A DNA stretch of 63,986 bases, counting the filler, from Nemertoderma westbladi (lineage: Eukaryota; Animalia; Xenacoelomorpha), in the NCBI GenBank assembly GCA_032718475.1. It is 3 parts of 3 records of this genome, joined end to end, with 100 filler letters (N's around TTAATTAATTAA, not from the genome) between each part and the next. Parts side by side here need not be neighbours in the genome. Positions count along the whole stretch, not along the records: positions 1 to 29,525 come from JAUCBJ010005621.1; 2 more parts are not named here. One strand, given 5' to 3'. The notes beneath the pieces are model-generated. The model searched no databases. It worked only from the letters and a program-made list of their open reading frames with translations, and was not told the DNA's origin. Below are positions 1 to 10,896 of the stretch, piece by piece. A program made the position numbers and the translations under genes. The number at the start of each line of letters is the position of its first letter. Position 1 is the stretch's first letter.

Positions 1-789
1 AATCTTCACTGATTTTAGTCACATATAAAAGGAACACAGGCTGACTCATGTAGGGTCTATCAAATAACATTAGATTCACTTCAAACCACTTTAACATAAG
101 TCACAATCGTTATTGGTAACCTTTCTCTCTTACCTTAGGTATATCAAGAATATTGGGTTGCGGGGTTATTTATCGTTATTCCAAATATAATTATTCATCA
201 ACCATATTATGAAGAACTGACAGCAAATAGCAGTATAAAACAACAAGTCAGTACCGGTATGTCAGCAATGAGACATAGGCATGCAGGTCCGTCCGTTAAA
301 GGATATATGCCCTTTATAACTAAACCTACTAGTGTACGACTAAAAAGCAGTACAGCACAAAAAATACTTCCAAGCCGTTCTTTCTTTGGCTCAAGACTGA
401 ATGATAAACACTGCACATAGGCATTGCGTCATTTCTCGGAAATTTTCTGTACAAGGAGCCACAAAAACGCTCTCATTGGCTGACTGAACTGAGAGACGCC
501 GTAGAACAAAGGAAATCAACACGTATGAATGTCAGCTGTTAACCGTAGTCATAGTAACTACTGTTCAAGAGTAGCTATCACCCCTTTGCGTCACGAATTG
601 CCATAGAATCATAAAATATGCCTTTCACAGTACACATACGGAGGAAATAGGTCTTAGATCCTCTAAAAACACCGATACAGCAATAATACGGTCTCTTACA
701 CTTATTAAATCAACTACAGAGTATTTTAATGTAAAAGATAATAAAAATAACGGGGCAATTCAGCAAAGGCTTTTACACCGGCGTTCACT

Positions 790-1760
790 ACAGACTGTGG
801 AGGTAGCTACCGGCAAGAGGTGTTTGGTATATAGTTTTAGTCAGTAATGGCATACAGCAACTATTGACTGTATGATTTCATCAAGTTCATCAAACCAGGC
901 TGATGAATCAGCTGTATTAATAATTGCAGCCGGATTGGATAAATTATTAATTAATTTGGGGAACTTTACTAATTAGTAAAATCGTTAATTAGTTCGATTC
1001 AAAAGATTTTAGAATAATTATCATTTGTAAAATATAGTAAACCGCTTTGATACACCTTGTGAATAAGGATTTGGGGGACGGGGGGGGCAAAGCCCCCCCC
1101 GCCAATTAGGTAATTAAGTAATTAGTTAATTACTAATTAACGGTAGGAGATACGGCATCGGCGCCAGAGACTTTTTTGTGTAGAATAAAATTCCGAACAA
1201 CTTTGTGATGTTACGTTTTTTCATAGCTCTTAGTGTTTTCGAGTTACGACGCTAATTAGTTTTCGGCTAATTAGTACTAATTAACAGTAATAGGAGGGCC
1301 ATAGCGATGACTGAACTTTTTTTAGATCTTACCGAGATGAACAAAAAAAAAACACCGTTGCTAGGGGAAAAACCAAATAATTTTCGAGAAAAATCAATTA
1401 GAAATCTTTAATCGCTAATTACTAATTAATTAATTAACAGATTTTTGCCAAATATCTCTCTGCTGTGCACGCTCGGGCCATCTATAAGATCGCGCAAACA
1501 GAATCGTTCTAGCTTTCGCCGTTCTCCTGGAAAAATCCTTTAAAAATCGACCTAAAAAAGATCAAAGCAAAGTGCCTACTTCCCAGGGGGTACACCATAA
1601 TGCTATCTTATGAGGTTTTACTTTGGTGTTTATGTTGGTTTGCTAAGTTCCGTTAAAAAGGCTGCATTATTTATTCCTCATAAGACTCTGTCGAGCCTTT
1701 GGCTCTCCAGTGGCAGCCTATTGCTCAAGTCGATCTGTCTGCCTGTCAAAGGATGAGAAA
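790..1760. mobile_element. Non-autonomous repeat (Helitron/Helentron-like) related to the 1.74-kb tandem unit at 29.6-37.8 kb
   Basis: Shares motifs with that unit: AATTACTAATTAATTAATTAACA, TTTTCGAGA, GCCTACTT, CTCTGTCGAGCC-TTT-GGCTCT. Boundaries are approximate and the class is inferred. Confidence 0.45.
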
Positions 1761-3094
1761 AGCATTCCACCTGGCTAAAAGTTTTGTTATGGGCGTTATC
1801 CTTATCGATTATTTCATTTCCGACGCCAGTTTCCCAACAGTTCTCTAGTTTGTTTCGCTCTGTAGTTAGAACGCACCGGGTGGGTGCATCAGTTTAAAGA
1901 GTCTCTCCGGGCTCGGACTCAACTTGTGACCTCCATGTAGAGAAATATATCACTTTAAAGAGATTAGAGCATGCGCTGGTAATTTTCTGCAATAATCTGA
2001 TTGGCGGTAATGGAACAAGTTTACGTACTTTCGAGTAGCATGATCGTGACGTAGCATACCACTCCAATGCTGTGGTTACAGTAGGTCTTTACGCGAATAA
2101 ATTTTTCCATTTTTAGGTGAGTTTAATATCGTGATCGCGCGAATTAGGAATTCTAACTTATGTGCAATTTTATCATTTTGTTGAAAATGCTTTATGAAAT
2201 TTACGAGTTCGGTAACTTCACTATGAAACTTCAGAAGCAAAGTTGGGGTGTTTCACATTATAAAACTTCATAATAAAGATTCGTCACTGTAGAACTATTG
2301 TCCACCGCGGTCTCTGCAGGAGCAAGCCTATATGCTTTAAGATGTATAGACCAAACATGAATGGGTCCATTTCTCTCCTCGCTAAACATGACCACGATCT
2401 CTTCCATATCGTCATCTCGGGATGTTGCCATTGGAGTTCCGGAAAATCTTTCTGAATTTCAGAAAGTAATGTAGCATGATCCGGTGCAGTAATTTTATCT
2501 TTAGTCGCACATCAATATTTATTTTTATCGCATTTTATCTTATTTTACTTATTTTTTACATTATCTACTTATTTTTATGTCACTATCTTATCTTATTTTA
2601 CTTATCTAACTATTTTTCATCGTATCCATTATACAGTTATTTTCTACCAATTGTTCGTATTTTTAAATAGACCCAAATGGTGCAACTGTCGTCATATATT
2701 ACTTGTGATTATATTTCGATTTATGTGTTAAATGTTTGATCTATTTTACATACCGTACTGTTTTTATAGCCATGCATTTGATATTTAAAATTACTTTTAT
2801 ATTTTATTTTAACCCTTACACTGTGTAATTATTTTCCCTACGTGTAGTGTAAACTAATCCATGTAAATTTATGTGTTCAAATGTTTTGACCTATTTTACA
2901 TACCGTACTGTTTTTATACGCCATGATTCTATCTAATATTTTACAAAATTTTATCAGTTTCATAATTTTCCAAAACGTTTGCTACACGTATACTGTACAT
3001 ATACATATATACCGCGGTACCGGTAATACATATTATTTACTTTCAGTTTGACCTTTCCAGTAATTGGTTTTTCTATCGATTTGTACGGGTGCCA

Positions 3095-3470
3095 TAAGCA
3101 TTCAATATGCGAAGCCATGTGGTTTATAGGAATATAATAAACGCAGTACTCGTCTTCATTATAAGCCACGTTGAGTTCGTCCTGTTTTGTATTTATATAT
3201 ATTTCTTAAACGCAGGCTGACGATCTTTATAATAATAATAACAAGGGATGCGTTCAATATGTGAAGCCAGGTGGTTTATATAATAATATAGTCAACGCAG
3301 TACTCGTCTTCATTATAAGTCTCGTTGTGCTCGTCCTGTTTTGTATTTGAATATCTTTCCTAAACGAAGACTGACGATCTTTATAACTACCGATGCGTTC
3401 AATAGGCGAAGCCAGGTATGGTTTTGGTTTATTGGAATAGTCTACGCAGCACTCGTCCTCATGAGCCCGA
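3095..3470. repeat. Diverged tandem repeat, ~2.5 copies of a ~145-bp unit
   Basis: The block GC(G/A)TTCAATA..CGAAGCCA ... ACGCAG(T/C)ACTCGTC recurs near 3098, 3250 and 3395. Confidence 0.7.
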
Positions 3471-4129
3471 GTTATAGTGTGGCAACAGGGCAATAGATGC
3501 AGCAGTCGCACCCAACCAGCCGGAAACTCGGAGCAATAGGCGTACTGCTTGTACAATGCGTGTCAATTTCAATACTTGCAGATTGGTATGTACCGGTACA
3601 TCTAGATCTGTAGTTGCAATTGCTACCAGTCAGCCAGTCCGGTTCTACAGTCTGACAGTAGTAGGTCAGTAGGTAGGTAGGGCGGTACGGCGGACGGTGC
3701 CAACGGACCCTCTAAGCATGGCTAATTACTGAATGAGGGTCTACAAAATTAGGCCTGTCCTGTACCAGTATACTGGTATACGTCTGTACGTGATCTATAA
3801 TGTATAATCACTGCACCGCTACCGCGGTACCAGTCCTCAGGTCCTGTACCAGTATACGTGATCTATAATCACTGCACCGGTACCGCGGTACCAGTCAGCC
3901 AGTACCGTAAAACACCGAACACGGTATGGTATTGCAGTATTGTCTGATTGCAGGATTCAGGGATTGAGTATAGTACCGGTACTGCGGTACAGGCAGACAG
4001 GCCACAATGGTATTACTGTAATTTCGTAATTTGCCAGAAACCCAGCTGATTTAATCTCCTAGCAACCCGCTGATGTCAGCGTTATAATTTTGGATAAATA
4101 ATTTATTATAACTGTAAGACAGTTACACT

Positions 4130-4411
4130 GGTGCTGCACGAAGGCCCCAAACAAATTCAACTTGGAAAATTTCTAAACTTTTGACAGACTATTTGTCTAC
4201 CAAGTTTGGTTACATTTCATCGAGGATTGATCGAGTTATTAACGTTCAAAATTGAACACTGCAAAAAAAGCGACAGGACAGAACGACAGGTTGATTAATG
4301 GTACCCCTACGCTAAGGCTCACTCACTTCGTGGCTCGCCCCACAGACACACCGATTGAGTTAGTGGTACCTGTAAGCTAAGCTTGGTAACTTTCGTAGCT
4401 CGCCCCACAGG
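4130..4411 (+). mobile_element. Short interspersed repeat (Helentron/HINE-like) with duplicated 3' end
   Basis: Homologous to ~55340-55537 (AATTTCTAAA..TACCAAGTTTGGTT..TTCATCGA.GATTGA..CGTTCAAA..AAGGCTCAC..CGTGGCTCGCCCCACAG). The GCTCGCCCCACAG end occurs twice. Class is inferred. Confidence 0.55.
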
Positions 4412-4414
4412 TAT

Positions 4415-4510
4415 GTGATGGGTGGCTATTTTGGTAAAACAAAATGTCATATTGATTAATTGTTTATTTCCCTCCATCCATCAGTTCCTAGGTTACCTTG
4501 GTAGAGAAAC
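4415..4510 (-). pseudogene. Decayed candidate next lipoxygenase exon
   Basis: CAG acceptor at 4513-4511 in the phase-1 frame needed after exon 9094-9298. Reads G-F-S, then CTGATGGATGGAGGGA (LMEG-like with an ATGG duplication) and AAT AGC CAC CCA (NSHP), but has stops and indels and no second THL histidine. Confidence 0.4.
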
Positions 4511-4550
4511 CTGGTTATGATAATAATGAAATAGATTTTAATGATATTAT

Positions 4551-4722
4551 TGTAGACTGCCACATATAATAATCAATGTCGAACAACATATACAATCAAA
4601 CAAGTTACTGTAACTAAACTGTCACCTGTAAACTGCTTTCCTATATAGCTATATAACACAACTAAGAGTTACACAATATTCATAAAGGTCAATCAGTGAA
4701 CAAGGGTCAATCAGTCACTACA
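4551..4722 (-). repeat. 3' LTR (172 bp)
   Basis: No difference from 8829-9000 seen by eye; TG...CA termini. Confidence 0.97.
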
Positions 4723-4734
4723 CTTCCCCCCCCT
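4723..4734 (-). other. Polypurine tract of the Gypsy element
   Basis: AGGGGGGGGAAG on the minus strand directly before the 3' LTR. Confidence 0.9.
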
Positions 4735-7699
4735 CATCTTAGGTGGACGACCTCTTGGTCGAGGAAATTGAGAATGCTGGATAACGTGTGTGCATAGTCT
4801 CAAATGGTCGATGTGAATTACTTGATTCCACGTGGGTCTGTCAGGTATCGAAATACGGACATTAACTGGACCTATATGTTCTGTTACAACGTAAGGTCCA
4901 TCCCATCGTGGTATTAGACTAGACGCCAAGCTTGGAGATGTTGGAGGTAAATGTGTCCGCCATACCTTATCCCCGACACAGAATTTCCGCTCTTCAGCTT
5001 TGTATATCTTGTCATGATATTCGTGTTGTCTGCGACGAAAGATTCGCGTTTTGTGGATAACATTATCTAGTTTAACTTGATTAATCGGTTTATCATTTAT
5101 AATTCCCAACCAGGATAGAGCTGGTATAGGTGAGTGAACTTGATTTACCACGTCCATTGGAGATAAACCTAGACTTTTATGTACAGAGTGATTGTAAGTA
5201 GAAACAAATGAATCAATATGACAGTCCCATGAAGTTTGAGTACCATCTTTAGTTTCTACTAATTGCGCTCTAATTTGGTCCTTTATGGTTCTGACCAACC
5301 TCTCTGCCATACCATCACACTGAGGGTGGTATGGACTGGTTACTGTATTGTTGATTTTCTGTTGGCGACAAAAGTTTTTAAACTCATTTGAAATAAAGCA
5401 TCGTCCTTGATCTGTCAATATGGTTTTTATTTCTAGGGGCTTTTGACATTTTCTAATCAATTTCATTAAACATCCAATGACAGTTGTTGAAGTTGTGTTT
5501 CCTACTGCGAACACATCTAGAAACCGAGAGAAATGATCTACGACAACAAGCAAATGAGTGTTTCCAGTAGAAGACTTTGGGAAAGGGCCACAGAAATCCA
5601 TAGCAACCCGCTCATAAGGTCTTGTAACCTCAGGTAGGGATTGAAGTGGCATCGGTGCTGGTGGTAAAACCTTTGCGCGAAGACACACATCACAATTTTT
5701 TAAGTAAGTCTTTAACTCCTTATCCATATTTGGCCAATAGCATTCCCGTTGTAATAATGATAACGTTTTCTCATAACCCAGGTGAGCACTATTGTAACCA
5801 TGAACAGATTTTTACAACTTTAGAACGAAGTCCTTTGGGCACAAATAACCTGGATTTATAAGTGTATATCCCTTCAACAGTTTTAGTGAATCGATAATTA
5901 ATTCGGTCAAATTCGCTGTCAGCTTCTTGAAGCTGAATGAGTTCCTCTTTCGAAAGTTGTTTTAATCCCCCATTTTCACTCTCATCAAGCACAAACACAT
6001 CCATATATGAACAATTACTAGGCAACCTGCGCATCTGCCACTTGATTAGAAGACCCCTTTTCGTGTTTGATAGATTTTAATCCTTCAAACTCTAGAAGTC
6101 GTAGTTGCCAACGAGCAAGTCTACCAGTTGCAGTTTTATTATTAATTAGCCATTGTAATGGAGCATGATCAGACAAGACATGTACTTCAGCGCCATAAGT
6201 ATAAGACTGGAACCGTTCCAATGCGAATATAACTGCCAATGCTTCCTTTTCTATTGTGGAATAGTTCTTTTCACTTGTAGTAAGATTCCTACTTGCAAAT
6301 GCTACCTACTGCTACCTACAAACCAGCATTATCTGTTTGACTTATGACGGCACCAACTCCAAGATTAGATGCATCGCAATGGACAAAGAATGGTTCACCA
6401 ACTTTAGGGTGTACAAGAACTGGGGCACTAATTAAGGCTTCCTTTAAACTTTCGAATGAAAATTCCTGTTCATCACTCCAAACAAATGGGACTTGTTTCC
6501 GTGTAAGTTCATACAATGGTTCAGCAATAAGGTTAAAGTTCCTTATGAATTGTCTATAGGTATTGACCAAACCCAGAAATTTTCTCACTTCAGAAACATT
6601 TGTTGGCGCTATCATGTTCTTAACAGCAATTATCTTTGACTCACTTGGATGTACGCCGTCCTCATCAACAATGAATCCCAAAAATTCAACTCTTCTCTGT
6701 AAAAATGAACATTTTTTTGGCTGGAGTTTTAATTTTGCAACTTTTAATCGGCGGAAAACTTCACGAAGTATCTCTAAATGTTGCTTTAGTTCCGTTGTGA
6801 CCACATAGATGTTGTCCATGTAGAAAACAACGCACGACATGTCACCAAATAAATTACTCATTAATCTTTGGAATGTTGGTGGGGCATTATTTAGACCAAA
6901 GGCCATGACAACAAATTCAAAATGGCCAAGACTACACGAAAACGCAGTTTTATGTCTATCATCTGAGGCAAGAGGTATCTGCCAAAATCCAGATGCCAAA
7001 TCTATTGATGAAAAATATTTCGCTCCGTATAGTTTATCTAATAAATCAGAAATTCGTGGTAATGGAAATGCATCTTTCTCTGTTACAGCATTCAGTGATA
7101 ATATCCTTATCCAGCATATCTTTAATATTAGACTCTAGGAGATCTCTTTTAGCCAAAGGAACATGGTATGGCCTCTGAAATATTGGTATCTCAGATTTAG
7201 TTTTTATGTGATGTTCCACAAGGTTTGTACGCCCAAGTGGTGGTTCAAACAAATCATTATATTCCTTTGTTAGAAAGTAAAATGTTTCTAAATGTTCACT
7301 GGGAACATCTCTATTTATAGTACATTTCTCGATTAAATTTATTGTGACTACTTTATCATTTACTGAAAGAGAAGAAGGAATACTATCCGAAAATTTTAGT
7401 GTTACATTTAGAGCACGTAGTCCATTGACCCCAAGAATGCATGGATGAGCCGAATCTGTGGCCACGAAAACGTCTACATCGGCCTTAGAAGTGCCTATTT
7501 GAATTGGAATTTGACAACGACCTCGAACATTAAGGGGTACACCATTCGCAGTTTTTAAGATGAACTGAGTTGGCTTTAACTGATTTTCAGTAACTAATGA
7601 AGAGTGCAGAATTGTAGAGGATGCACCAGAGTCCATCAGTATCTCGCAAATCTGCCCATTGATAGTTCCTTTAACAAAGAATCGACCTTGAGTTCTCTC

Positions 7700-7756
7700 A
7701 TGGGCTATCACAGCAACAGTGGTGTCGCCCACCATCACTGTTGTTGGAAGTTTAAA
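7700..7756 (-). promoter_or_regulatory. Candidate -1 ribosomal frameshift signal at the gag/pol overlap
   Basis: Slippery heptamer U UUA AAC in the gag frame (7756-7750), 6-nt spacer, then 8-bp stem CAACAGUG/CACUGUUG. A -1 shift enters the protease frame. Confidence 0.75.
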
Positions 7757-8752
7757 TCAACCGCGGAAGATTGTTGCATAGAATCCGAAATGTAGTTAGC
7801 GTCAGTCGTAGCTGGTTGATACTGGTTATAATCTTGAGCGTACTGGAAACCATTGATTGATTGTTCCATCGTATTATTAAATGCCTGTTCTGTAACTGGT
7901 GCAACACTAGCGCGATAATTTGTTGGATTTTGGAAGTGTTGAATATGGGGTGCTCGAAAATATTGATAACGAGGTTGTTGAAACCGTGGTGGTCTCATAT
8001 TTTGCCGCATTCCCTCAGTGGCCTGAGGTCTATAGCCTTTGTTTTAGTTGTTGGGTTTTTGAAGGACAATCTCGTTGTATATGGCCACGACCTTGACAAC
8101 AGTAGCAGAGGATTGACTCACGTATCTGAGCATTTGCGCCAGAAAACCTAACAGCATCAACCTCATCTTCATAGTTAAGGTATTCATTATCTGCCACAGA
8201 CGAAGACGATATTGATGGAGATTGCTTATATGATGACTTCAATTCCTCATTTCGCGCAAGAGAGAAGGCACTCTCTAAATTTCCTGGATCCTTCAAGGTA
8301 AGTTTCTCCCGCAATTCGTCACGTAGACCAGCAACAAAGACAGAAACTGCCAAATTATTCCTATGGGTTACTGCAATACCAGCAAATGCGTTCTTACAAA
8401 TGTCTGAAATAGAGGCATAATAAGCGAGAACAGATTCGCCTGGCTGTTGTTTAGCTTTAAATGCTCGTCGCATCGCAAATCTAATTGCATTTCCTGGCCA
8501 TAGCTTTGTATATAGATTTACTTCGATGTCATCGAAAGTGGGAAGACTGGTATCCAAGAGAACACGAATCTTGTAAGGAACATAAGCAGGCAAACGACGA
8601 ATTCCCTCTTGATCAACCCAGCCATTTACGGTGCAAGCCAGGCGGAAATCGCGAAAGAAATTTTCGATAGATTCACGGTCCTCATTTGCTAACTTTGGTG
8701 GAACTTCAAAATGCGTTTGTATTAATAGTTTGTCTGGCTTATTGTCTTCCAT
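7735..8752 (-). pseudogene. gag: Gypsy gag with CCHC zinc knuckle; one internal frameshift near 8040
   Basis: QQPGESVLAY...FVAGL gag-like motif and CYCCQGRGHIQRDC knuckle. The frame continues as NKGYRPQATEG-MRQN after a 1-bp indel. Confidence 0.9.
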
Positions 8753-8807
8753 TCTGGTTGTGAATGTTGATAATTTGTTTTTCGGCTGGTAAATTGATAT
8801 TGATCAT

Positions 8808-8827
8808 GAATCCCACTTCTGACACCA
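8808..8827 (-). other. Primer-binding site complementary to the tRNA-Leu 3' end
   Basis: Minus strand TGGTGTCAGAAGTGGGATTC, 1 nt after the 5' LTR; matches the recalled tRNA-Leu(CAA) end GAATCCCACTTCTGACACCA. Confidence 0.85.
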
Positions 8828-8828
8828 G

Positions 8829-9000
8829 TGTAGACTGCCACATATAATAATCAATGTCGAACAACATATACAATCAAACAAGTTACTGTAACTAAACTGT
8901 CACCTGTAAACTGCTTTCCTATATAGCTATATAACACAACTAAGAGTTACACAATATTCATAAAGGTCAATCAGTGAACAAGGGTCAATCAGTCACTACA
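8829..9000 (-). repeat. 5' LTR (172 bp)
   Basis: Direct repeat of 4551-4722; contains the TATA-like palindrome TATATAGCTATATA. Confidence 0.97.
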
Positions 9001-9093
9001 TTATTAATTTAAGTTTTATCCATTGTAATATAAGTTCACAAACATTGTATTGTATTCAACACTATCCCCGTAACCTGACATACTCAGACTCAC

Positions 9094-9298
9094 CAAGATG
9101 CGTGCAGGACTGGTGTACTGAGGCGTCTGCATTATTGTACCACATTTTGGCGGCCAGCCAGGTGTACTGAGGATCAGCTGGGGTGAACACAGGGTTGTCA
9201 CCATAGCCCTCACGGGCGCAGTCAAACAGCTGAATAGCTACTGGTAATAAATCCTTGGTCACTGCGTCGACTTTGAACAGAGCGTAGGGACTGCATAA
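9094..9298 (-). CDS. Lipoxygenase exon (catalytic domain up to the first iron-ligand His)
   Basis: ttcag|...|gtgagt, phase 0->1. LCSPYALF...LLPVAIQL...NPVFTPADPQYTWLAAKMWYNNADASVHQSCTHLG carries the LOX W-AK-W and HQxxTHL motifs. Confidence 0.93.
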
Positions 9299-10169
9299 CT
9301 GAAAGATCATTATTATACATTCATATTATTGTCGTATAAGAACATGGCGAGCATTGAATAATACACGAGTATTTTATACATAAAACGTTGAATACGCCAT
9401 AGCAAACTCCAGCTTATACTAAAATATAAATATATTACATTACGACGAAAGGGGTGGAATATTCATGGAACCAATTGATTTATATACCCTGGTACTAGTA
9501 TCCCTAGCCGATTCTAAGAATAAACGTTGTGTTTCTAAAACAGATCTGCTACCTGATGTAAATGCGAAACCCGTTCCTTGTTTAGTTGGGTGGGTTAACC
9601 GGAGGATTAACCGGTTAACTGGGTGGGTTAACCGGTGGATTTCTAAAAACTGCAGGAGTGCAATGCCTAGCCTATCTATAACCCGTCTAGCTGTACCATA
9701 CGCCATACGGTATAGCAGTGAAAAAAAATAAACTTTATTTGAGTATTGTTGGTTTCTGTAACATAAGTTCGTTTAGAATTTATATCCACAAATGTATAAC
9801 AAGGGTCGCGAAAAAGTTGTGAAAAGTTCCACTGGGATTTTACGTAATCCGAATAAAACGTCATTGCTGTAGTTACTTAATTTAAAACGGCTGCGTAAAT
9901 ATCTGCGTAAAACGAAGAACATTTACATGGGCGCAGCTTTACATTGAAAATTTACGAACCAAACTTGTGAAAGTGGTTCTAGTGAATACGTATGGTACTG
10001 AAATATAAAATAAACGTAAATGTGCAAACTGTTGATTAACATTAGCTTGATGTATATCGTCCGGGGTGTACAGTACTCTATACCCCTAACCTAACTTATA
10101 ATATAACCCCAATATTGACTAGCGAACGAATCACTTAGCAATACATTTTATGCGTGTTATTCAACTTAC

Positions 10170-10281
10170 TAGCAATGCTGCTAGGCTGCATATCCCGTAT
10201 TCTGGTGTAGAAAATGCCATTGCATAATCCCAGTAGCACCCTGTAGGTACGACGGAATAATCATGCTGGCCACTGGTCAGA
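10170..10281 (-). CDS. Candidate alternative (mutually exclusive) lipoxygenase exon
   Basis: ttcacag|...|gtaagt, 112 bp, open only in phase 2->0, the same phases as the adjacent exon 10342-10477. Confidence 0.35.
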
Positions 10282-10341
10282 CTGTGAATTAACTTATTAT
10301 ATATTACAAGTGGTATTAGGTGAATAAATTAATCAACATAC

Positions 10342-10477
10342 CACTTTATCCGAATTCGGTAGATTTACCTCCCTCAATCTCGATAAGTCGCATATGTACA
10401 ATGACCCTTTAGCTATAGCTTCGTCCAACGTTAATCCATCCAGAAACTGCCCTACCAGCTCATTGGTTACTTTAAAG
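10342..10477 (-). CDS. Lipoxygenase exon
   Basis: ttttgcag|...|gtatgt, phase 2->0. (N)FKVTNELVGQFLDGLTLDEAIAKGSLYICDLSRLREVNLPNSDKV fits the LOX FPVT...L...G.L(F/Y)..D segment. Confidence 0.92.
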
Positions 10478-10812
10478 CTGCAAAATATATATTCAATGAA
10501 TTATTATTCATCGCAAATTCGGTTGTAAACAATAACCAAAATAGACAATAATCATAATATTTAAACATTCCGTCTCAATGAAACAATTAAAACACACGGC
10601 TCATTATACTGCAGTAGCGAGGGTACGAAATGAAATATTAAATTAATAAACAATATAGGTCTGTCGTAATTGAAGATGCCAAAGTCTTTTGTCATTATAT
10701 AGGCTCCATAACTGGGTCAGAGTTGCGCTTGGGTTTCCATTTACAGTACCTTATGTACAAAACTGATTATTCACGATTATACATTCTCCTACACAATACA
10801 TGAACTACAGTA

Positions 10813-10896
10813 TGTCTGGATTTTCCCTTACCCGTTTGATCGTTGTTGGATTACAACCACCAATCAACTCTCTGGTACCCACAGCAGGCAATACTA
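10813..10896 (-). pseudogene. Intronic, decayed duplicate of the 3' part of lipoxygenase exon 19276-19502
   Basis: Encodes GYQRV..GGCNPTTIKRVRENPD versus GHQRVGGCNPTMIKRVRKLPH in the real exon; no usable splice frame seen. Confidence 0.75.

Larger units (their letters stand above)
4711..7756 (-). pseudogene. pol: Gypsy pol (protease, RT, RNase H, integrase), fragmented
   Basis: Protease LMDSGASST. RT motifs FPLPRI, IDLASGFWQ, MAFGLNNAP, with YMDN in place of YxDD. RNase H CDASNLGVGA, EKEAL, SDHAPL. Integrase HHCC finger (frameshifted), MDFCGP, TDQG, PQCDGMAER, GPY. Lesions near 7090, 6310, 6030 and 5800. Confidence 0.95.
4551..9000 (-). mobile_element. Full-length Ty3/Gypsy LTR retrotransposon (4450 bp), coding-defective
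   Basis: Two 172-bp LTRs (TGTAG...CTACA), 4-bp TSD TTAT (4547-4550 and 9001-9004), PBS, PPT, and domain order gag-PR-RT-RNaseH-IN. Confidence 0.97.

Noticed and set aside
192-210. 19-bp exact match TATTCATCAACCATATTAT to the LOX exon near 19440
   Set aside because: AT-rich, similarity does not extend and the frame closes; chance cannot be excluded.
8808-8827. tRNA gene
   Set aside because: Only 20 nt including CCA next to an LTR, so it is a primer-binding site.
418-9668. 10-bp inverted pair TAGGCATTGC / GCAATGCCTA as TIRs of one large element
   Set aside because: No matching TSD, and it would enclose a host exon.
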